The notes under the pieces are model-generated. The model was not told the origin of the DNA and searched no databases. It saw nothing but the letters and a program-made list of their open reading frames with translations. Shown one piece after another: positions 49,655 to 64,000 of a stretch of DNA of 64,000 nucleotides. Each line of letters begins with the position of its first letter. Positions within the stretch are counted from its first letter, which is position 1. Where the stretch lies: the NCBI GenBank assembly GCA_043228905.1, contig JBHGNT010000004.1, forward strand, positions 7,254,001 through 7,318,000, in the 5' to 3' direction. A program made the position numbers and the translations under genes. Origin of the DNA: Azolla caroliniana (taxonomy: Eukaryota > Plantae > Polypodiophyta).

Positions 49655-52600
49655 ATGGCTGCTCCTGCAGCTAACCTTATTGATTGTCCTAATGCTATGC
49701 ACAGGAAGGTGATGGGTTATGCTGCCCACGATGCATCCGGCCACCTCCAACCATTCGAATTCACCCGAAGGCCTCTCTCTACTCCATCTCTCATTAATTT
49801 GTGTTCATTTAGATGAATGACTTCTGAATTATATACTGTCTTGGTGTTAATTTAGATGAATGACTTCATTATATACCGTCTAAACCTTGGGGCTCGGATT
49901 TCGCAGGGCGACTGGCGATGACGACGTGACATTCAAGATCACGCATTGCGGTATCTGCCACTCTGATCTGCATCAGATACAGAATGAATGGAAAGCATCC
50001 ATCTACCCCATGGTCCCTGGGTGGGCTGCCTTTAATCCCTTCAAATCTTAATTTACAGATTCATCACTTGTGAATCAACTGAATATTCGATTGTTGCTCC
50101 AAGAAGCTAATTGACATCATGAACATTTTGCATTAAATCCTTGGTTACTTTTCACACTACTGAGGATATTATGATTCATTTGGTTAATCTTGGTTTTGTG
50201 TGTTTGCTTCATAGAAGGGCATGCATATAATGTGTGGTTTCTTGGAGTGTACCAGTGTGTGTGGAGCTTGGCTCTTTTTTGTAGGCACTAGGTGTACCAA
50301 TGTGTGTGGAGTTTGGAGTGTTACACCAATGTGCATCGAGTTTGGCTCTTTTTGTAGGCACGAGGTGTACCAATGTGTGTGGAGTTTGGAGTGTGCCAAT
50401 GTGTGTGGTGTTTGGCTCTTTTTTTGTAGGCACGAGGTGGTGGGTATCGTGACCGAGGTCGGGTCGAAGGTGAAGGGGTTCCAAGTTGGGGACCACGTGG
50501 GTGTCGGCTGCCTCGTCGACTCATGTGGTACTTGTCACGCCTGCTCCACCCTCCAACAACAATATTGCCCCCGTGTTGTCTTCGTCTACAACAGTGTTGA
50601 CTACAACGGCAATGCCACCTTCGGTGGCTATTCCACACTCATGGTTGTGCATGAGAAGTGAGTAGTAGTTAGCACCCACACGTTAGTGCTTACATGATTC
50701 TTCATGGAAGTGATCAGTCCCACGCATTTACTTTGCATGCTCTTCGAATATTAACTCGTTTGTCGCCCGTTTGTTTCAAAATTTCACCAATTTAAATATG
50801 CTTGGTCAAAGTCGAGGCTTCTAATGAGAGCATCATGCAAAGTACCCCTCGTCATAGTGCCACATGAATGTATTAATATTGATAGAGAGAGAGAGAGAGA
50901 GACAAAGACATTCACAATTTTACCAAAACATCTTCATAGTTGAAAGGTCACTTGATTTCTAAATTCCTTTACTACAAGATAACACACCCTACAAACTTTA
51001 TCACCTCTTTTTAACAATTCATAATTAACTTTGTGTGCATTTGGCTTGGTAACATCATCGTGCTCTTATTGCCTTCCCGAATTTTCTACTTATCTTCATT
51101 ATTTAAACTTGAATCCTCTAGAAATGGATTCAAAGGTTTAAAATGGATTCTCTTATGTCACATTTGAAATTGGAGCTCGATGTGATTACAGACTTTCAAC
51201 TTGTTTAAAATGATGGTGCATGTTTTTTTCATTTACTATGGTGGTATATATGCAATGGGCCTATTTTACGCTAATGTCTCCAAACTTTTCAATTCAGATT
51301 CGCATTAAAGGTGCCTACAAATCTACCATTAGATGGAGCCGCTCCATTGTTGTGTGCGGGTATTACAATCTACAGTCCAATGAAGCACTATGGATTCACC
51401 GAGTGTGGAAAGAAACTCGGTGTGGTGGGGCTAGGGGGTCTAGGCCACATGGCGGTCAAATTTGGCAAGGCTTTTGGACTACATGTGACTGTGATAAGCA
51501 CATTACCTAGCAAGGAGAAAGAGGCTAAGGAAATCTTGGGTGCTGATGCCTTTATAGTTAGCAAGGATGAGAAACAAATGCAGGTACCTTAATTCCATGA
51601 TTTCTACCATGATGCAGTAAAGTGTCATGGAACCCCATTGTGTTCATGTCTCCAATACACCAAAGTCAACGTTAAGATCTTGAGCATTTACTCATCAAGT
51701 TTCACAGTATATTGCTATTGTGTATATCCTAATAGAAGATGTTACCATATGAAATTGGCCCACATTAGAAGCAATATTGCATTGAACATTACCTTCTCAA
51801 AACTTTTAGTTTGAGATCATGTAAATGACACTCTGTACCACTTGTTTCTTTGAAGAATAATTTTGCAAATTCTCTCTCTGCAATCCAAGGGTGAAATAAT
51901 AATAATAAATAGCATACAATACTGCTTTATCCTCTGAAGAATCTATCTTCCAAATCACTCTCCAAAATCCAAGGGTCAAATAATAATAATAAATAGCATA
52001 TATTATCTATTGCCTTCATAACCAAATCTAGAACTTTCAAAATATAAAGTTAGAAACATGGCTTCAATAATCACTTTCCTCATAAGGTGTTGAAAAAGAT
52101 TGTACCATATTTTCTTACAATATTAAAGAGTGGGTATAATATCATTTTTATTGCAGGTGGCATCCAATAGCTTGAACTATATACTTGACACGGTACCTGC
52201 AGAGCATGCATTGGAGCCATTCTTGGGGTTACTAAGTCTAAATGGAAAGTATGTGGTGGTAGGGCTACCAGAAGCCCCCTACAAACTACATGCTGGGACA
52301 TTAATTTACGGTAAGTATGTATGTGAGATATATATATATATATATATATAGGACAATATAAAAAGTAGCCTCGGTACTACGGGTAATATCCAAACAACCC
52401 CTATCAATTTTATAAATATCAATTCTACCCAGTGACAAAGGTAGAAGTTATTTCTTTTTTAAAAGAGGTAGAATTGATATTTTTGACATGTTTTTAATAT
52501 GAGGGTTCGAAATTTACCCATACATGTATGCATACATACATATACATGTACGTATGAGAGTAATACCAGACAAACACCTGTGTACATGTACGTATATGTA

Positions 52601-52886
52601 TGTGTGTAGGGTGTGGAGTATATTAATGGGTTGATTAGGATGATTTCTTTAAATATTGTATTTATAACGAATACACGTAGGGAGGCGATTAGTTGGAGGA
52701 AGCTTGATTGGGGGCATTGAGGAGACCCAAGAGATGCTCAATTTTTGTGGAGAACACAACATTGTGAGTACAATTGAGAATATTCCCATTCACTACATAA
52801 ACACTGCAATGCAAAGGCTAAGCAAGGGTGACGTCAAATACCGTTTTGTTCTCGATATAGCTGACACCCTCCCATCCCCTACTTAA
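49655..52886 (+). CDS. CAD: Cinnamyl alcohol dehydrogenase family (zinc-dependent MDR), 6 exons, 367 aa
   Basis: Exons 49655-49770, 49907-50020, 50430-50657, 51298-51583, 52157-52310, 52681-52886 sum to 1104 nt. Motifs CGICHSD, GHEVVG, CGTCHAC...[21 protein letters not shown]. The intron 1 donor is GC. Confidence 0.93.
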
Positions 52887-55234
52887 AATAATTGTATAAC
52901 CTACATGCACCCCAAATGATGTAGCTAAAGAGGGTCATCTTGATAGAGATATATTCCATGGTATTATTTTATGGTCTCTTGCAAGGGCTCTTTAAAAGTG
53001 GAATGCCAAAACTATAATAAACAATGAGAATAAGGTGCTCCTTTTAGGTTGATTGTTAATCAGTCATGTTGTTGTAATCTCTATTGCATGAAACTCGAAA
53101 ATATCGTTGTCATTTATTATTATAATAGAATAAAATGATCACATTACACATGTATTTCCCTTGTCTTTTGTAAAATGGCCATTGTCATTTTCACTCTTTA
53201 GTATGTTTGAAAGACCATTTCCATACTCATGTGCGTATTGTCATTTATCCATGACTTTATAAAGAGTTTTTATAAAGAGTTTTTATAAAGAATCGTGAGT
53301 GATGTAGGTGATGTTGTGCATTGGAAGTAAACTGTGTGTGTGTGTACGTAAGACAAGCAGAGAGAGAAAGAGAGCTTTGAACAAGAACTTATATTAGTAA
53401 AAATAGAATTACATCCAACCAACTTTACACGGAGGATGAGAGAAGTGCTTATGTAGTCACCTTCTCTCTATACAACCACCAGTTGTTACAGAGTGGTGGA
53501 GACTTAAGCACACTAAATATGTATCATAGAACTTTATGGTTCTATGACACACTAATTACTATATTAGAAGATGGGGGGTGTTCACACACTAGGTATGTTA
53601 AGGTGTGTTCCCACACTAGGGAAGTTGAGTTTGATTCTCAACATAATGCAATAGCAAAGCCATTAATGACAATAACCTAACATTGTAAAGCACTAAACGA
53701 CTTATTGTCGTACAACTCAAAATTTAACAAATTCAATTTTAATGTCAATGTGATAGTCTTGTGAGTCTAGATTCTAGAAGCATAAAACAAAATGGAGGGA
53801 TGTAGGAAGGCAACATTGTCACATTTCTTTGGAATGCAATCCATTGTCAAAAACAAAAAGTTTATGTACAACGTGTATTTTGTTTTATAAGAGGCAAATT
53901 TGTGTCTATCATGCAATCTCTTGTTATAACTTCGTCCATGTGGATGTTGGGCCATGAAATAAACAAAATCAACATCACAAAGTCATTCCCTAAGATTATT
54001 ACACATATAATAATATAATGTTACTTCACGATATTATTTAAACAACAATAATACTCCACCGCGTATGATTGTGACCAAAACCAGCTCAAAGGCTCGTTAC
54101 CAAGGCAAAGTCAATACATTTTAAATTTCTATTACGTGTATGTAGAATATGAACACATGAATTATTATTAAAAATTGTGTTATTTTAAATGAAGAATATG
54201 AACATGTGCATGTTTGGGATGCATACAATGGGATGATGTAGGTCACATTTCAAGGAGCTTTACCCCAACTTGTGTGCAACCCAAATCAGTCCAATAGCTC
54301 ATCATCACGCCAAAGCATGTGCATTATTATCGTAAGGTCAAATATAAACACGTGTTTGTGTGTAGGTAGAAACATGTGCATTATCATCAATAACTTTCTA
54401 TTCTTTTAAATTATGACGAATATCAATATGTGCATGATTAGCAAAAGTACAAAGTCATAGGTCACACTCAAACGAGCTTCACTCAACCTTTTACCAATCT
54501 TATTTTATTGACAAAGAAATGTGAGCACATGTGATTGATGCCATTTATCACCAATTTGATGATCAAGGTATTCTTTGGTGACAATGAATGCTCCCCTAAA
54601 TACCACGATATGTTCTAACTCTAGAAGTATTCCATCTTCAATCTTCAAACGATTTTCACTGATCTAAAGGGTCAATATTATTGTGATTTTTGTGATTGGT
54701 TTGATTGGTCATGTTACTTAAACATGGTTGGTAAATTAGGTAGTGAGCAAGATGCATATTTTCTAATAGTATATCCTTGGTTGGTAATTGACTGTGGAAA
54801 CGACATAATATACATGCATACACCCATATTCAGATACATATACAAACAAATTTATAAATAGAGAATATTTATATATGCACAAGAAGAAAAGTGAAATTGT
54901 AAAAACTAAACAAATACATTGCAATTGTCATCATCAATTTGTTCTCTCCAAAGAGAGAACTTTATTGCAAACCTTAAAATGAATCTACTACAAAGTCAAA
55001 ATGGGATTTATGGTAGAGTTAGTAAATGTTGTTGATAAGGCCTAGTCAATCACGTAGTAGATGCCTAAGAAATGTATACAATATGGAAATTGCAAATAAT
55101 CATAACATTACTGAATAGTGGAGGAGAAGAAAAGAAGGTAAGAACTAAAAACAAACATGTGTCTCCATATTCTCAAAGTTAATCTAAGCCAACAACAAGC
55201 TTGCATATTCAATATATTTTGAACGCAATGAAAA

Positions 55235-55367
55235 CAAGCATGATTCTTTAAACCTTTTTGACAAATTATTTTCATGTGAAGCTTTAGTGTGAGCCATAAC
55301 CAAGCATGATTCTTTAAACCTTTTTGACAAATCATTTTCATGTGAAGCTTTAGTGTGAGCCATAACC
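55235..55367. repeat. 66-bp tandem duplication
   Basis: CAAGCATGATTCTTTAAACC...GAGCCATAAC occurs twice. Confidence 0.85.
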
Positions 55368-56005
55368 AGGATGTGCAATGCTCAACAAACTATGAAGGCC
55401 ATCAAATACACGTATGTCATTATTATGATTGAAAAGTTGAACTCAACTACCACATGCACAAAGGACCCAACAAATCCAACATAGTGGAATCGAATACCCA
55501 TGTAAAGCTTAAGTTTAAATGCTGACTAATATTTTGATCAATCTTGACTAGTGTGAAATTTGACTTAATACCAAAAGGTTCAGAAACATGTTTTCTGCCC
55601 TTTATTATGAAAATAGAGTGCAACAAGTAGTTTCGATAGATGACCACGCTAGCAAAGAGAGAGAGAGAGAGAGAGAGATGTAGGAGTTTCGATAGATTTA
55701 GGTTAAGATTTTTTTGACAAGCAATTTGCACTTTATAAAATGGTTTATGAATGCACTTCCACAACCATCGGGAGAAATTTGCTAGTGAAATTTTGAATTT
55801 TGAATGTTGGTTTGACCAATAAATAGCAGGAAACGTTACCCATGGTTTGAAACATTACAAATAATTTCTTCAAAGTTCATTATTGAAATTCCATATTATT
55901 GAACTTCACTTTTTATTCCAAAGTTATTTCTATGTATCTTCCACATTTGAGAAATTAAACATGGGTTAGCAATGATGAAATCTTGCCAATGATTGAAGCA
56001 TTCTA

Positions 56006-59000
56006 CTATGACATATCTAATTTTTTCTCTGCTGCAGCAAAAAGATCCAATACTCTAGTTTTCACATCATCACTGGCAAAGATATGATCAATAGCATCTT
56101 TCGCCAAAGACAATACTTCTGATTTTGACAGACCTGTGGCATGAACCATAAAATTGTTGTCATACTAAAAACACACAAAACATGAGAATATTAAACAGTC
56201 GCATCATTTTTACCAAAGCAAACAGCTGCAATAGCATATTCCCGAGATATGTGCGACCCGAAAATTCCGGGATCATCGGTACAGATAATTAATGGATGCC
56301 TTGAATTGTATAATGAAGCTGCAAATCAAATACTATTCTTTACACTTGGTTTTTGACACACCTGGGAATATAAAAAGGTCTTCTCTGCCTTGTAGCAATT
56401 TGCATAAAAGATATCAAAGAAATTGATGAGAAACTCAAGACAGGCACACTGAAGTAGAGGGCATTGCATGTACAGTACAGTACTTTCAGAAGATAAGATA
56501 AAACATGTGACTATTTTAAATACTGAAAAGTACTTTCAGCAGATGAGATAAAACACATGATTATTATAAGAGATACAAGTATCAGGCCTGGGTTCAATGA
56601 TTTTTGCAGCTGTCTAACCTTGGCAAGTAAACTGACAACTTACTCTACAAATTAACATTAGTTTTTCCATTTTGAACTTGGTTAAAGTAGCCATTATGAA
56701 TTCTGTACAAAGTTTCTCTACAAATTTTGAACCAGATTGATTTTGAGGCACTGTTTATGTCCTTGTACAGAGTTATTCTGCCTCCAGTTATTGCCTCAAG
56801 GCTGCAAGTGGCATCCCCACAAATGATGGCTACACACTGTTTTTCAGATTTTCCTAATTCCTATGAGAGGGTGATATGGCAAATATGGTTGCATACCCGA
56901 TTACACTTCTCTCTTGGGTTAAGATAGTAAAAACCATGTATGGGAGCAAAACAACTTACTAGCTGATTCAGCCCAGGGAATGTTAATATTTTTATGTAGG
57001 AAATGTGAAGAAAAATAATATTCATACCAAAATGGTGATCTCGTATCACAGGTATCGATTCAGTACGGACATTTGAAGTAAGACAAACTTCAACCTGAAC
57101 AGAAGAAACAGGAATAAGCTTAATACTAAGGAAGAACAATCAAATAAATCCTAGTTGTTCTCCATAACGTTTGATATCAAAATGAATGTTCCTAGTTCTA
57201 GAGTAATTACGTGTAATGTTTGTCCTTGATTGTGTCTTCTAAGTAATCACTGTGTGAAACTTGGCTTCAAGTTACCCAGCGATTCTATTTGACAATAAAC
57301 CAAAAATTCATTATTGTCCTTGGCCCTAGATATTACAACACACTAAAATGCAAAGAATCATCATTTATCTCTCCTGTATAATGTCTATAGTTTTAAAATT
57401 TTCCATGATTCAAGATGGATATTCTGAAAGGTCATGTGACACTACAACAGAAACAGGTGTCTTTTCTTAAGAGTGTAATTATGTGATACTATTGATATCA
57501 ATAACTGCAGAGGTTACATATGGAAAAAAAAGGAAGTGCAGGAATGACATTCACCCAGGAAATATATGCCCTATAATTGAACAAATAACCTCAATTTTGG
57601 GTTCCAAACCATCCATTCTGATATTCAGCAGAAAGGTGTGTCACACAACAGAATTTGTGCGAAATTCTACTTTCAAATTTTATTGTCATACAGGAATAGT
57701 GGATTGTAAAAGTGACGACCATTCCACTTCTTCCAGGCAGCAAGCATGGCCAATCCTCTCAGGATGAAAATCTAACATGTTTCGTATTTCTCCAGGATTA
57801 GGTACCTACAATCAGATATCATACAGTCATTTTAATATAATATGCAGCATGCAGATTAATATTAAGAAGAATAGTATGGATTTTCAGCAATGTTGCTCTG
57901 CAAATCTTACCTCTCCACAGTGTAGCGTAATAGGAAGCTCATGCTTCCTGGCCATAAGTAAAGCTGGTAAATATGTCTGCCTATTTCAGAAGAATAAAAA
58001 ACACAGAATCCATCCATGTTCAAAAGAGAACCATCAAAGGCACTTAAAGGTAAAATAATCACTATGGATGGTTTGATACCAATTCCCGACCCTAGGATTT
58101 CCAGAAAGGTCTACACCAACAACTCCATACTCTCGCATTTCTAATGCAAGTTGTACCTGTTAATCCAAATAGGCATTTAGAGAATGCACGCAGACCCAAA
58201 ATATATTGATTGTATCAATATTATTGTTACTGATTTCTTATTAGAAAGTGGTCATAATACCCACTGTATCAATGGCAGATTGAGTACTTTCACGGCGATC
58301 TATACTAAGAAGGAGCTTGACATGAATTATTGATTTAATTTCTGCCTTGTTTTTATGGTCATTCTCAGATTGCTCCACCATTTCCCCACCTCTTTGCATG
58401 TCAAAAAATACCTTGACAGTCTCCACTGCCTTGAACCCATTGAGAACAGCCTCCACATAAGATCTCTTTGTCATTCCTAACAATGAATTGCACTGCCCAA
58501 ACATGATACAGTCAGCAAGCATAATTGCATGAATCTTTGCTGAAAAACATTAGAAAGTAAATGATCCTAGAAAAGCACATGTAAGTTCCTCACTTTATTG
58601 CATCTGACAGATTAATCTTACAGCAGAAGATTTCTATCTAAAGTTTTGTTTGAATTTTCAAATGATTGTTGCCCTTCGTAGTGACAGGAATTTCTTTGAT
58701 TCTCTCAACATTTGTCTAAGAGCATTTATTTTAAGAATTATTCTGTCTTTTTGTATCTCATTAGCCACTTGAAAATGCCTTTTAACTAATAATAATAATG
58801 TAATGGAGGCCCAGCAGTAATTTAATATCATGCAACAAAGATGTACCAGAACAATTACAAAACTTCACTCACTTTGTTTCTGGATATTACTTTCAACCAA
58901 TATGAAAAAACTTAAAAAATACAAAAAGATGAATGTTTTAGTAGAAATCCCTGACTAGCAGATTGTAGATTTTTTTGCGAACACAAATAGGATTCTCTAT

Positions 59001-59305
59001 AGACTATATATCCTATTATATCAGAGAAATTTTAGTACCTTGATTGAGGTAAAGTATCACACGAAAGTATTAAAACTGTGCATAAATACCAATGTCCAAA
59101 TGAGTGAAAATATGTTATCTACACAGATGCAAGACACTTATAGAAGTGACAGAAACTAGGCAAGGTTCAGTCCAAAGAATAAAGACACATCTAATCTTGC
59201 ATTAATCATCAAAAGTAAGCTTACCAGAAAGTACCTTTGGAGTTGTTCTAAGTTCTAAGTAGATGACATTCTCTGCAGCAAAGTCTTCGACAACCTGAAT
59301 CAGAA

Positions 59306-59341
<36 letters not shown>

Positions 59342-62300
59342 GTGTGTGTGGCACCAAGATAGGAAGGTAGTAAGGAGAAAGAAACGACAATACTTCCAAT
59401 GCAAGAAAGGAAAAAGAAAATGTTGTTTAGGCTCCAACCAAGCCATGCATGGACACAACTCGATGGTAAAGAAGGAAGATATAAAAGGTGAATTAACAAA
59501 TGAAGAGATGCTAGAATATGTACAAAGCCTATATATGCATAAGGGAGTGGCTCCTATGGTTGAGAACATTGAAACACCTTGTAATACATGCATCAATCTT
59601 GAAGATATCAATAAAGGAACAAAAAAGATAACTAATGGGAAAGCAATTGATATAACTCTCATTACAAATGAGCTCTTAAAATGGACAATGCCAAGTACTC
59701 ATCATTGGATCATGATAATCATAGATCAAGCTATTAAACAATGATTGGCCAATGAATTGGATTGAGCCAATTTTTAAAGTAAGAGATAAGAATCAAGTAT
59801 CAAATTATTGCACAATCATGGTGGGCTCAACTATTGCTAAATTGTAAAGTACTATCATAAACCAAAAGGTAAGTACATTGGCTAAAAGTCCAAACAAACA
59901 AGCACTTGGGTAAGCATGTTTTAGACCAAAACACTCCACAGTGGATCATCTAGTTACATCACAAGTAATTATGGAAGAAAGTCGATTACAAGGAAAGACA
60001 CTCTATTGTTGCTTTGTTGATTTTAAAAAAGCATTTGACATAGCACACAAGGCGAGCTTTGCAATACAATGGTGGAAATTGGCATGGCATTAGAGTATCG
60101 AATTGCTGTTGTACAATTATATGTGTAAGTTAGATGTCAACTAAAAACTGAGAATGGTTTCTTAGAATACTTTTAAAGTAGCATAGGGGTTAAGCAAGGA
60201 TGTGTATTATTACCTACATTCTTTGGTTTATGCATTGATACATTCTTTAGTATGAATATCCCTTCTTAGGAAGGAGACACATCAAGAAAACTTTCATACT
60301 TAGATCCCATGGGTCAATATCGGCCTCTCCATCGACGATAAAAATATCTATCTATCTCTTTGACTTGAGAATCTTACATGTATAAATGACGAGGTTCTTT
60401 AGTTGCATCTTAATTCTATTTTTGTTTACTTTTTTTTAAATAGTTACATTTATTTTGGTTTGTTGTTCTCAAACATGAAACACTATTTCAAGATGTAATC
60501 TGTTGTTTGGTCTTATGGGCCATTTTAGCCTCTTAAAATAAGTTAATATTTCTTTCTTTCTTTCTCTTATGAAGCTCGAAAGTGCCTTGGGCGTTTGGAT
60601 GTGGCCAAGGATAAGGAAAATTATCAAATGCATTTGCATGAGTACAAAAGAGTTATTCAAAGAAAGAAAAGAATGTGAGATTTGTTTAATCATCCATTGC
60701 AACATGGAATGCCCTACAATTTGATTACGAATTGGATCAAACCATTATATAAAGGTGAAGATGTCAATCATGTAAAAAATTATCAAACCATCATGGTTAG
60801 CTCACCAATGGCAAAACTATTTGGAAGCATAATGGAATCAAAGGCAAGTGCATGGGCTAAAAAAATGGTATAAGAGTTTATGAACAAGCTAGCTTTTGAA
60901 GACACCTTAGCACCATCGATCACCTTGTCACTCTTTGATTGTTAATGGAAGAAAATTGCTTAAGATTAAGGGTAGATATTGTTGCTTCATAGATTTCAAG
61001 AAAGCTTTTGATATGGTACTTCGTGAGTATCTTTGGGGGTGCATGGAATAACTCACAATGCCAAGTGAATATATGCTTGGAATTTCCCAAACTATGACAA
61101 GATTATATGTTATGTGCGTATAGACAATGAAATTTCAGATTTTTTCAATGTCACTATTGGTGTTAAGCTAGGATGCCCATTCTCATTAACTCTATTTGAT
61201 CTATGCATTGATAAATTAGAACAAATAGTTCTCAAGTTTGTGACGGAATAAGGCATTGAAGTTGTCATCGAGAATGTAGTCATTATGCTTAGTTGTATGC
61301 AAATGATGTGGTGCTTTTCACAAATACTTTAGGAGATGCTCAAAAGCTTATGAGGGCATTAGAAGAGTTTTGCATGCATACTAAATTGAGTGTCAATAGC
61401 TCTAAAACAAGGATTATGCTTGTGAAGAGCCAAAATAGGAATAAACAATGCATTATGTACAATAATGAGCCACTTGAATCTATGGAAAGCCACAATAATC
61501 ATCAAGGCATTATTCCCAGACAACATCCAATATCCATCAATTGTGGGAATCTAAGTATCACAATTTTGTTAAAATGTTGTCTTTGATCGCATTTGACTAT
61601 GCTTTCCAAACAGCTTCCACCAAACCCAACGATGATAAATCCATCCATGTATCCATCTGTCTACCCATAGGAATGTGGGAGTTGGCCTACATGAGCCAAC
61701 CAATGATATGATAGGATCCTCTTATGGGAGAGGAGGGATTCAAACCCCCCATAGTATTTGTTGATTAGATGACTGAATATGGATATCGTACGAACTTTGA
61801 GAGTGGGTTATAGAAATTGACAAATGGTTCCAAACGTGTTGTTAAGGGCACAAAGTAAGGTACTCTATATTGTTTCCAAGGAAAGACCTTACCACACATT
61901 TATTGTTGTTGCAAAGGTTGATTCTTAGTTGGATTTTTGACATAAAAAAAATTAGACCAAAAAGGATTGGATATCCCTTCTGTACAAAACTTTAATGTCA
62001 AAGGCCCTAAATTTTATTATTGCAATGATTATCAATATTGAAACCAAGTGAAAAAGCCATATTACTCTCGTGTGTCTCACAAGCAAAATCTTTTGGATTT
62101 GGTGCTATGTAGCATGTTGGCTAAATCTATGGGGCTTTGTATTTTATTTCTTTTGTTGTTTCATGGATAAATTGACTTATTTGGGGAGAAGAAAAATAGA
62201 GCCTTTCCTACATTTAATTATTTTCATGCTTTTGTGACCACCCAAACAAGTAGAAGCTAAAATGCCTGTGTACATACAATGGGTTTGAATTCACAAACAA

Positions 62301-63491
62301 TGAGTTTAGAAGGTTTTTTGAGCTACATGGTACAAAGAGAGAGGTCAAAGCCCCATACAAACCCCCTTCAATGGCTTGGCTGAAATACATAATAGGATAC
62401 TATATGCGCGTTTGAGATGCATCCTGTCCACAGCTCATCTCTATCATGGATTTACTCTTAACAATCAATACCCCAACGGCTCCTTAACAATCAATTTACC
62501 CTAGCCCACACTGCTCTAGCAATGTTGCCAATCTTGGGTACTCATACATGAGGAGATCTTGCTTGGACGATTCAAGGACCAACAAGGACAAGGACAGTCC
62601 ATGCCTTGACCACAACCAGCCTTGCCCCCATATTGGGGCCATTACTTACGACTGCTACAGTTCCCTTAAACCAACTAAACCCACCCTACCAACCAGGATC
62701 TTCATGACACTAGAATAGACCAAATATAAATGCAAGTTTATTCTATAAACTTCAAACGACCTCTTAAATACTCAAAATAATGGTGTTCATGTTCATAACT
62801 GCTTGTCAGTTGAGTTAATTCTATCCCGTAATTTGTAACACCATATCTGAGAGGGAGGTATAAAAAAACAAAGAAAATAAAAAGTTGACTTATACAGATG
62901 AACAGTTAAGGTAATGTGTAGAAAAGATTAAAAAAAAAACAGTGGGAAAACAATGTATAGGAAACCACATTACCTCCTTAGTTATTCTGATGATAGTCTC
63001 ATGGTCCGTGGTTAACATGTGAATCAAATCAAAGAGCTTAAAGCACTCAGCAAGGGAACGATCGCCTATTAAGCAAAATTCAAACAAAAGAAATAATACT
63101 GTATCAAAAGATCTAACAAAAAATGAAATTTAAGAGACATATATACAAACAGACAGACAGAAACAAATAGTGCGACCTTTGAGTATGAACCTTTGAATAT
63201 CCTGGAGGTTGATAAGGCCTTTCTTGCTCAATCCTTCCGCAAGATCACTGCAAGACAAAGGCGGGAGGCAACTGAGTAAAGGAAACAAATGAAAGTGGAT
63301 GAAGATGGAGGGAGGAGAAGGGGGAGAAGGAAGAGTAGTAACAGGAGAGTAGAGGAGCGAATGGATCCATTGAGATGAGCGTGGAGCTCTATTTTGGGAA
63401 GGGAGAGGCACCAAGGAAGCCATGAGAGGACCTCTCCTTCGTCTTTGTCATCGTAGCCTGCGGAGGAGGGTAGAGTGTCGGAAGAAGCCAT
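56006..63491 (-). CDS. MAPDA: Adenosine deaminase-like protein / N6-methyl-AMP deaminase, 11 exons, 386 aa
   Basis: Exons 63491-63343, 63247-63177, 63065-62974, 59294-59235, 58492-58265, 58156-58080, 57980-57911, 57805-57692, 57094-57028, 56318-56214, 56133-56006 are all GT-AG and sum to 1161 nt. Motifs PKIELHAHLNGS, YLELRTTP, GVDLSGNP, TLHCGE, RIGHA, EVCLTSN, CTDD. Confidence 0.93.
59400..60240 (+). mobile_element. Decayed LINE (RTE-like) RT fragment in MAPDA intron 3
   Basis: Remnants of FVDFKKAFD and GVKQGC, with many stops. Confidence 0.75.
60570..61490 (+). mobile_element. Second decayed LINE (RTE-like) RT fragment in MAPDA intron 3
   Basis: Remnants of IKPLYKG, FIDFKKAFD, GVKLGCP, YANDVV. 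Confidence 0.78.
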
Positions 63492-64000
63492 AGCCCCAAC
63501 TACTTAGTATTACAACGAACGAACGAGAGAGAAAGAAAGAAAGATATATCAACGTCTTCTTTTTAAGGCCAAAATTTGGAGAGACTGAAAAACTCACACT
63601 TCCCATAGAATGGCAAAGGCTTCTTTCTTATTTGCTATCTTAGAGTCGTGTCGCCGGGCGAAATGATGGCCTTTCGAAGAGTCCGAAATAAGTTTCGCAT
63701 ACCACAAGGCCAAGGATATCGATGGGTATATATTTGGCAATCAATATGTATGTATGTTGTATATGTATTATGTATTTGGCACTTGCCTAGTCTAGTTTTC
63801 TCGCTTTCAAAGTTTTGTTGGTTGAGGAACCATGGAAAGATTTGGTCATTCGGTATTGCAAAAACAATATTTGTGGTGCACACGAATGATGTATATACCA
63901 TCCATCCGTTGGTCGAAGATAGACCTTGGTTGGCAAATAAGGTTTTGGATGCATGGCACGTTAATCGGGTGGTGTCAAGTTTTAAAAGCACGCTTGTATT

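Noticed and set aside
53230-53682. Possible solo LTR downstream of CAD
   Set aside because: Composition is LTR-like and it ends in ACA, but I found no matching start, TSD or partner.

Overview
Repeat-dense land-plant nuclear DNA. A seed-free plant such as a fern is my inference from the TE types and gene style. Positions 1-48.7 kb are nested, mostly decayed transposable elements: a chromodomain Ty3/gypsy element with paired LTRs and TSD, three members of a tRNA-Trp-primed Ty3/gypsy family, two Ty1/copia elements, solo LTRs and LINE debris. Positions 49.6-63.5 kb hold two convergent host genes, a 6-exon cinnamyl alcohol dehydrogenase and an 11-exon adenosine-deaminase-like gene (MAPDA/ADAL). 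The standout is a 7,663-bp cut-and-paste DNA transposon (28555-36217) inserted in an LTR, with 33-bp TIRs, a 4-bp TGCG TSD and a reconstructable empty site. It carries two divergent genes. One is a Sola-like DDD transposase with a BAH-like C-terminus. The other is a six-exon spliceosomal gene fusing a ParB/Srx-like domain to a prokaryote-type beta-class N4C/N6A DNA methyltransferase, with an array of palindromes in its first intron. This copy has a few inactivating lesions. All exon models and domain calls were made by eye, without database searches.
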